Of a stretch of DNA of 64,000 nucleotides, positions 57,601 to 64,000 are shown in pieces (the stretch's first letter is position 1; each line of letters starts with the position of its first letter). The DNA is from Amoebidium appalachense (taxonomy: Eukaryota > Protista > Ichthyosporea). The stretch lies in contig CAVNZM010000007.1 of assembly GCA_963693365.1 (NCBI GenBank), positions 4,461,962 to 4,525,961 on the forward strand, read 5' to 3'. The notes below the pieces were generated by a model. It did not search any database. It saw only the letters and a list, made by a program, of their open reading frames with translations, and was not told the DNA's origin. Made by a program: the position numbers and the translations under genes.

Positions 57601-58100
57601 CTCAGTCGGCATGTGTTATGTTCCTTAGGCAACACCGTACTGATCATTATCGCTTTTTGGGAGCTTTGGCAGGATACATTTCTCCTGCTGTACGTATGGA
57701 TACCACCCTAGTAGATAAGTCTGTATGGTGCTCTGATGTTGATATTGCCTGGGAAGTTGTGCAGTGGCGCTGTAATTCTTGTTTTCATCGCCGCTGGTGC
57801 CACTTTTGTGCTGACCTTTTTAATCGCAAGCATGTTGATAGGTGTGAATTTTTATGTCGCGTTTTACCTCTTTCCCTCCGGGTATCTGCTACACTAGCTG
57901 GCAATGTGAACACTTTAGACTTTTTGTTGAATTCTGTTGGTCGTCACATTGAGTATTTATATGATTTTCACACAGTGTTCAGGTATCTCAGTATGCACTT
58001 GTTACTGGATAACTCGTGAAGTTTTTTATTGTCTTCTCAGTATGCCGTGCATACTTGTCATATCTTTCCGTCGAATAAATCCAGTCAAAAGAAAAAAAAA
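54614..58100 (+). mobile_element. 5'-truncated, frameshifted APE-RT non-LTR retrotransposon nested in the TIR element
   Basis: ORF1 C-terminal remnant ends TAA 54879-54881. ORF2 starts at ATG 54882 (LFWNVHGL, LAETW, GDFN, GPD, FRPVTL, QGSLLSP, FADD, YDYLG, CHFC...H...C) with frameshifts near 55320 and 56215. A-rich tail at 58087-58100. Confidence 0.9.
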
Positions 58101-58913
58101 CAATATCCATACGGTCATCATAATGATCACAAGAAGATGATCTAACGGGCGCAACTGACATGTGAATTTGTTTTTGCACGCCTCATGGAAAGCGGATGAG
58201 GCTCATCAGGTGGCCGCGTCTTAGGTATGTACAAATTCAAGTCTACTTTCCCTATGCACATTAACAATATAATAATAAATTTTTTAACACTAATTACCGT
58301 GACCTAGGCGAGGGTTGTCAATTAAGAATAGCACAGTGACCAAGCAAAGCAAACTACATGCAAAAACCATATTTGCAACGCCTCCGTGTGGTGATACCAA
58401 ATATGGAACAAAAACTCTATAAGTAACCAATCCGATGCGCCTGCTCATATTCCATGCTGCTGTGATTGGCTTAATCATGAGCCGGGATGACGGAACGGTG
58501 GTGGAAGTAGGGTTTGAGGAGGTGAAACAATGGCAATTGTTGGGGACTAAAAATCAGTGGTTTTATGTGCAAGCCAAATGGGAAACCGTGCTGCCCCCCA
58601 CGCGAATTTTGAAGCCGTATATAATCAGATCGTGCATGGCCACCTGTATAGGCATTTGGTATCCGTTTAAGGAATCGTTCGAGTGTGCGCCCATGGGCCG
58701 ATCCCGGGCCATGACACACACTAATACGATTGCTTAGCTGGCTTCTCCTCAAATTTTTTTATGTGGGTAGCCTATTAGGTATGCATGTAAAGTAATTAAT
58801 TTTCTCTCCCTTTATTCACTTTTTACAAAATGATATTGGAACGGTATCTTATTTTGAGCCAAAAGATCTCATATTACTATCTGCGTGGATCGCGAACAAG
58901 TATCCCGATAGGT

Positions 58914-60190
58914 ATCAGAATGATATTGGGATGATATAGTATGGGAAACATCTGGTGTTGCAGAAGAGGATATTGGAATGATATCGTACAATTATGTCAC
59001 AACATCTCATAATGATATATTCATGGGACTAAACAAATATCTGAGAAATAAAACATAGGTATCGGAATGATATTGTTATGATATAGTATTGGATACATCT
59101 GGTTTTGCAGAAAAGGATACTGGAATGATATCGTACAATTATGTCACAACATCTCATAATAATATATTCGAGGGACTAAACAAATATCTGAAAAGCAAAA
59201 AATACATATCGGAATGATATTGTTATGCTATAGTATTGGATACATCTGGTTTTGCAGAAAAGGATACTGGAATGATATCGTACAATTATGTCACAACATC
59301 TCATAATGATATAGTCGTGGGACTAAACTAATATCTGAAAAGTAAAAAATACATATCGGAATGATATTGTTATGCTATAGTATTGGATACATCTGGTTTT
59401 GCAGAAAAGGATACTGGAATGATATCGTACAATTATGTCACAACATCTCATAATGATATATTCGAGGGACTAAACAAATATCTGAAAAGCAAACAATACA
59501 TATCGGAATGATATTGTTATGATATAGTATTGGATACATCTGGTTTTGCAGAAAAGGATACTGGAATGATATCGTACAATTATGTCACAACATCTCATAA
59601 TGATATAGTCGTGGGACTTAACTAATATCTGAAAAGTAAAAAATACATATCGGAATGATATTGTTATGCTGTAGTATTGGATACATCTGGTTTTGCAGAA
59701 AAGGATACTGGAATGATATCGTACAATTATGTCACAACATCTCATAATGATATAGTCGTGGGACTTAACTAATATCTGAAAAGCAAACAATACATATCGG
59801 AATGATATTGTTATGATATAGTATTGGATACATCTGGTTTTGCAGAAAAGGATACTGGAATGATATCGTACAATTATGTCACAACATCTCATAATGATAT
59901 AGTCGTGGGACTTAACTAATATCTGAAAAGTAAACAATACATATCGGAATGATATTGTTATGCTATAGTATTGGATACATCTGGTTTTGCAGAAAAGGAT
60001 ACTGGAATGATATCGTACAATTATGTCACAACATCTCATAATGATATAGTCGTGGGACTTAACTAATATCTGAAAAGTAAAAAATACATATCGGAATGAT
60101 ATTGTTATGCTATAGTATTGGATACATCTGGATTTGCAGAAAAGGATATTGGAATGATATCGTACTATTATGTCACAACATCTCAGAATG
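58914..60190 (+). repeat. Tandem array, exact 147-bp period, ~9 copies (right subterminal arm)
   Basis: ATC(G/A)GAATGATATTG recurs at 58914, 59061, 59208, 59355, 59502, 59649, 59796, 59943 and 60090. Confidence 0.93.
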
Positions 60191-60622
60191 ATAACGTTTT
60201 GGATACTGTCCTAATATCGGAAAGGGGTATAAAAATAATCAAGATATCCGAAAGGGCCTATTTAGATATTGTGGAGCTATATGAGGATAGTATATCTCTG
60301 TGATATCCAAAAAAGTTCTTTCATATCCATTTGGTATCCATTTTTCATCCGGAAAAAAACAGATATATCCAGTTTTTCAGAAAATTTTATGATAACTATC
60401 TAATATCATTTAGATAAATGTTGACTATCTCAAAAGATATGTAATTGGATGCCGGATGCCATACGCCCATCTGCAATATCTACATCCCCATCCCGGAGGG
60501 GTATCGGGATGGAAAACGTTGGATGGGCGCCTAATATTAGAACGATATTAGACTAATATCTGTTTTGGAATTTCGGTATCTATGATATCATAAATGTTTT
60601 TTGGATGGGGGTCGTCCTTTGC

Positions 60623-60627
<5 letters not shown>

Positions 60628-60673
<46 letters not shown>

Positions 60674-60679
60674 AGAGTG

Positions 60680-60732
<53 letters not shown>

Positions 60733-60854
60733 AAGAAAGAGAGAGACTGGGGGGGGGGAGAGAGAGAGATAGAGAGATAGAGAGAGACCGAAAGAAAGAG
60801 AGAGCCTGGGGGGGAGGGGGGAGAGAGAGAGGGAGAGAGGCAGAGAGAGGGAGG

Positions 60855-60895
<41 letters not shown>

Positions 60896-60896
60896 C

Positions 60897-60934
<38 letters not shown>

Positions 60935-60960
60935 CGGAGAGAGAGAGAAGAGAAAGAGAC
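60628..60960 (+). repeat. (GA)n microsatellite flanking the TIR element
   Basis: Direct inspection; GA-rich sequence also lies at 44731-44832. Confidence 0.9.
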
Positions 60961-62886
60961 TTCAGATCTCTAGCTTAGGGGGTGTGCGGGCGCCCCAAGA
61001 GAGGAAGTGACCGTAAGAGAAATCCTCAGGAGAAAGACTTATCTAAGAAACGACCACCGTTGAAGCTAGAGACACGGAGAGAACTTAGCACACAGGAATG
61101 GGTGCGAATGTGGTGACACTATTCAGCGGGCGGCGCGCGCCTCAGGCTATTCATTAAAGTTAGTCAGCAACACAATGTCTCTATCCTAAGATGAACAGGC
61201 GATTATAACACCTAAACGAAAGTTAGACTGGCTGTCTCAGGTTATAATGGTGCGGGTAGGCGAGTGTGACATGCGTGCTCAGTGAAAACAAAATCCCTGA
61301 GTTTCAAAAGGACCTGTATCAAGTGTGTTTTGGCTTCAGAGGGGCTGCCCGCCAGTGGATATATTTACATATTAGCGGATAGGTATACAAAGATTTATCT
61401 GATCTATCCAAAGTACGTATATCCTGTAAATATCCCACCTTTCGCGAGCCCAAAATGGATGACGTCACAAAACTTCGGAAAATACCCGACTTGAAACCCA
61501 AATGTCGAACCCTGGGCACTTGCATTTCGGAAACGAAATTTATCCGGAGAAATTTGCCTTTATTATTGCAGACCAATGAAATCATTTTTACTCTCCCCCT
61601 ATACTCCATAAAAAATGTATGCAATTGTAAAGGCTGGTGCCGCGCAGGGCGTACGTACACCTCTGCAATTGTAGCTACTTGACTTCTAACGCTAAAATAC
61701 ATCCTTCAAACTCAAACTAGCTGCAATACGTATTTTTGACTATGGTTTACCACATGCGGTAGTCGAATAAGATGTACGGACAGGTATAACGTGGGCATTT
61801 CTGGTACTGATAACTAGGTCTCAATTTCTCAAAGATTTGAAAGCCCTCTCATATGAGTTGAAGCTACATCTCTTGCAACATGTGATCATGAAGTCAATAA
61901 AGTCATTGTAAAAGAAAACCAATTCTATTCCCTCCGAATTCATGTGCGAGAAAATTCAATGGCAATCAACATTAAACAAAGACAAACAAGAAGTAGCTTG
62001 GCAATGGCCGTTCAGGATTGGAATCAGGAATCAGCCTTCCAGGTAACTTTTTTGTATATATAATTAACACGTTATTTTCAGGCCGTTGAACTAAAATAAA
62101 AATCTAGGGGTATGTTAGTTTTGCATTCCTGAATCGGTTTGCCGCGTATAAGCTATTCCCTTCAACTCAAAATCGTTCACAACACTTCCGCGACCACTCG
62201 CTCAACTTGACCGTTGAAGTCAACGAGGTAAGCTGTCTGCTGCGCCCTGACCATTACGTTTGTGTTTGCAAATGCAGGTGTGAACGTGAATCCATTTATC
62301 ATGTACTGCAATTGGCACAGCTGTGCATATTCATACAGTAGGTACTTTATTGAAATTGACGCCATAGTCAACGAATACATGGCGGCTCAATGACATGCAT
62401 GGTTCATCAAGCTTGTGCTACGAGGTGCACCATCCGCTTTGTGATGGTTAGACAATCATTGACCCATCCTCATTCCATGCACCCCCTTCACCTCTCCACC
62501 AGCCCTGTCATCCCTTTGTCTCCACCCCAATCACCAATGGGTTTACCGCAAAAAAAGATATAGTACAGTGTGTCTCAAAATACGATACCATGTCGGAGAC
62601 CACACATGTGGAAGTGGAAACAGGATAACAGAGCACTGCTGCACTATGCACATGGACGTGCATCAGTACTTATCATGCAAATATTAGAAGGTGCTCCCAC
62701 ACACACGTCACGGTGCACACACACTGATTGCATCGTAAAAGTTTCTCGTCTTGAAGAAGTTTCATGCTCGAGCCAGAATTTTATAGCACTATGGACGTGG
62801 TGTCGCAATTCTTTTATCGTGGCGAATCACTCAAAGCCTAACACGTCTCTCTTTTCTGCAGGTGATCACGCGTGTTGGTTTGGAAA

Positions 62887-64000
62887 ATGAGATACCTATT
62901 TTCGCTTTTGGCTGCGGCAGCCGCCTTAACTGCTGCTCAGGGTGCGTGAGCAAATTGAATTTTCTTCCCGTTGCAACATGATCGCACGTACACGTGCTTC
63001 AAACTACACTTCGACATTTTGTAGGAAGTCCTTGCAGATTTTATTGCCAGCATTCACGGGTTATTATAGTGTTGTTATGGAGAGGTGTTTACACCCAAAG
63101 TTCTGAAGCCATACTACGGTTGATCAGATGTAGCAGAGAGCTATGGCAGCAGCCAAACATGTATAATGTGGTTTGTTCGTGTGATTACGATGCCTACGGT
63201 AACGATGTTTGCAGAAAGTGCCTGATTGTTTATTTTTTGTTTCAGCCACGCTTTGGCATGTGCGCAGTTGGTGCATGGGTAGGACGTTTCAAACTGTCTA
63301 TGTACATGCACATGCCACACTTAATGTGCTTGCTTGGTACTATGTTTAAATGGCGCTGCGCTGGGATGGCGTCAATCAAGGCTGCGTGTGTCTGTGTTTT
63401 GCGAGAGTGTGTGCATGTCACCCGTGCATTTGGGCTCGTGTAAACCTGACACATAGTTGTAAACCTAACACATAAGTTTTGACGGCTCATTCGGAAAAGC
63501 CTGTGTGCAGGGGAGTGCAATGCGAGTGTACCGTGACGTTGTTGCGAGAGCCACGTGCACTTTTTCTGGGTAACCGGGTCCGCTAAAACATCCTTAACCT
63601 GCAGATCTTGGCAATCGCTTCGATGATTTCGACACCTCACTCGAGTTTAGCGACAACTTTGAGGGTAAGTGCTTACCTACTGGTTATATATTTATGTTTG
63701 TTAAGCCGTAGAGTGCTCCCAACACAATAAAATTGCTGTAGAATGAAACAGATGCCGTAGGATCTAACCTCAGGACTGCTGCACTGTAAAGTTCCACTCT
63801 TTCTTATTCAGAACCTCTTGTCCTTTTTTTTTCTTTTCTAATGTTATTGATATTCAACTCATTCTTTTTTGACCAAACAGACTTTGATGTCAATCCTCCA
63901 GCCGTAATCCAGCCCGCCCCCGCCCCCGCACCTGCAAATCAAGGTTACACCAGTGGCTCTGGTTATGGGAGTGGCGGTGGTGGTTCCTATGTTCCCCCTT
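62887..64000 (+). CDS. 5' part of a putative secreted Pro/Gly-rich protein gene; partial
   Basis: Exons 62887-62941 (MRYLFSLLAAAAALTAAQ, signal-peptide-like), 63605-63664 and 63881-end join in phase 1 via GT-AG introns: DLGNRFDDF...DFDVNPPAVIQPAPAPAPANQGYTSGSGYGSGGGG. Confidence 0.7.

Larger units (their letters stand above)
44833..60627. mobile_element. ~15.8-kb TIR DNA element (CMC/EnSpm-like architecture, no recognisable transposase)
   Basis: Left end CATCAGCAAAGGCCACCCACCCATCC; right end reverse complement CATCAGCAAAGGACGACCCCCATCC. AG and (GA)n flank both sides, and both arms are dense in GAATGATA/TATCATTC motifs. Confidence 0.8.

Noticed and set aside
52060-60190. CRISPR array interpretation of the tandem repeats
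   Set aside because: Units repeat in full with no unique spacers, there are no cas genes, and the context is eukaryotic.
58435-62380. Short ORFs at 58435-58737, 61319-61702 and 62177-62380
   Set aside because: No recognisable motifs or splice support.

Overview
Eukaryotic genomic DNA, most likely from a unicellular holozoan (inference from an animal-type SNAP-25 with a Cys cluster, an RBIS-like gene and GTGCGT-type donors). There are two sharply different halves. 1-31.4 kb is GC-rich and gene-dense, with intron-rich genes: a partial Lys/Glu-rich gene, a MINDY deubiquitinase, U1-C, ValRS with an apparent N-terminal WHEP domain, an RBIS-like gene, a Reb1/TTF1/DMTF1-like Myb, acetyl-CoA synthetase and SNAP-25. 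Their introns have a branch point close to the AG, usually no polypyrimidine tract, and frequent sense-strand poly-G tracts. 31.5-62 kb is a nested transposon island. It holds a near-intact two-ORF APE-RT LINE, a broken Ty1/copia element, and a ~15.8-kb TIR element (CATCAGCAAAGG ends) inserted in a (GA)n tract. That element carries an intron-containing pseudogene, ~183-bp and 147-bp tandem arrays and a second, 5'-truncated LINE. A secreted-protein gene starts at the right edge. Exon models were spliced by eye and family calls come from remembered motifs, not database searches.
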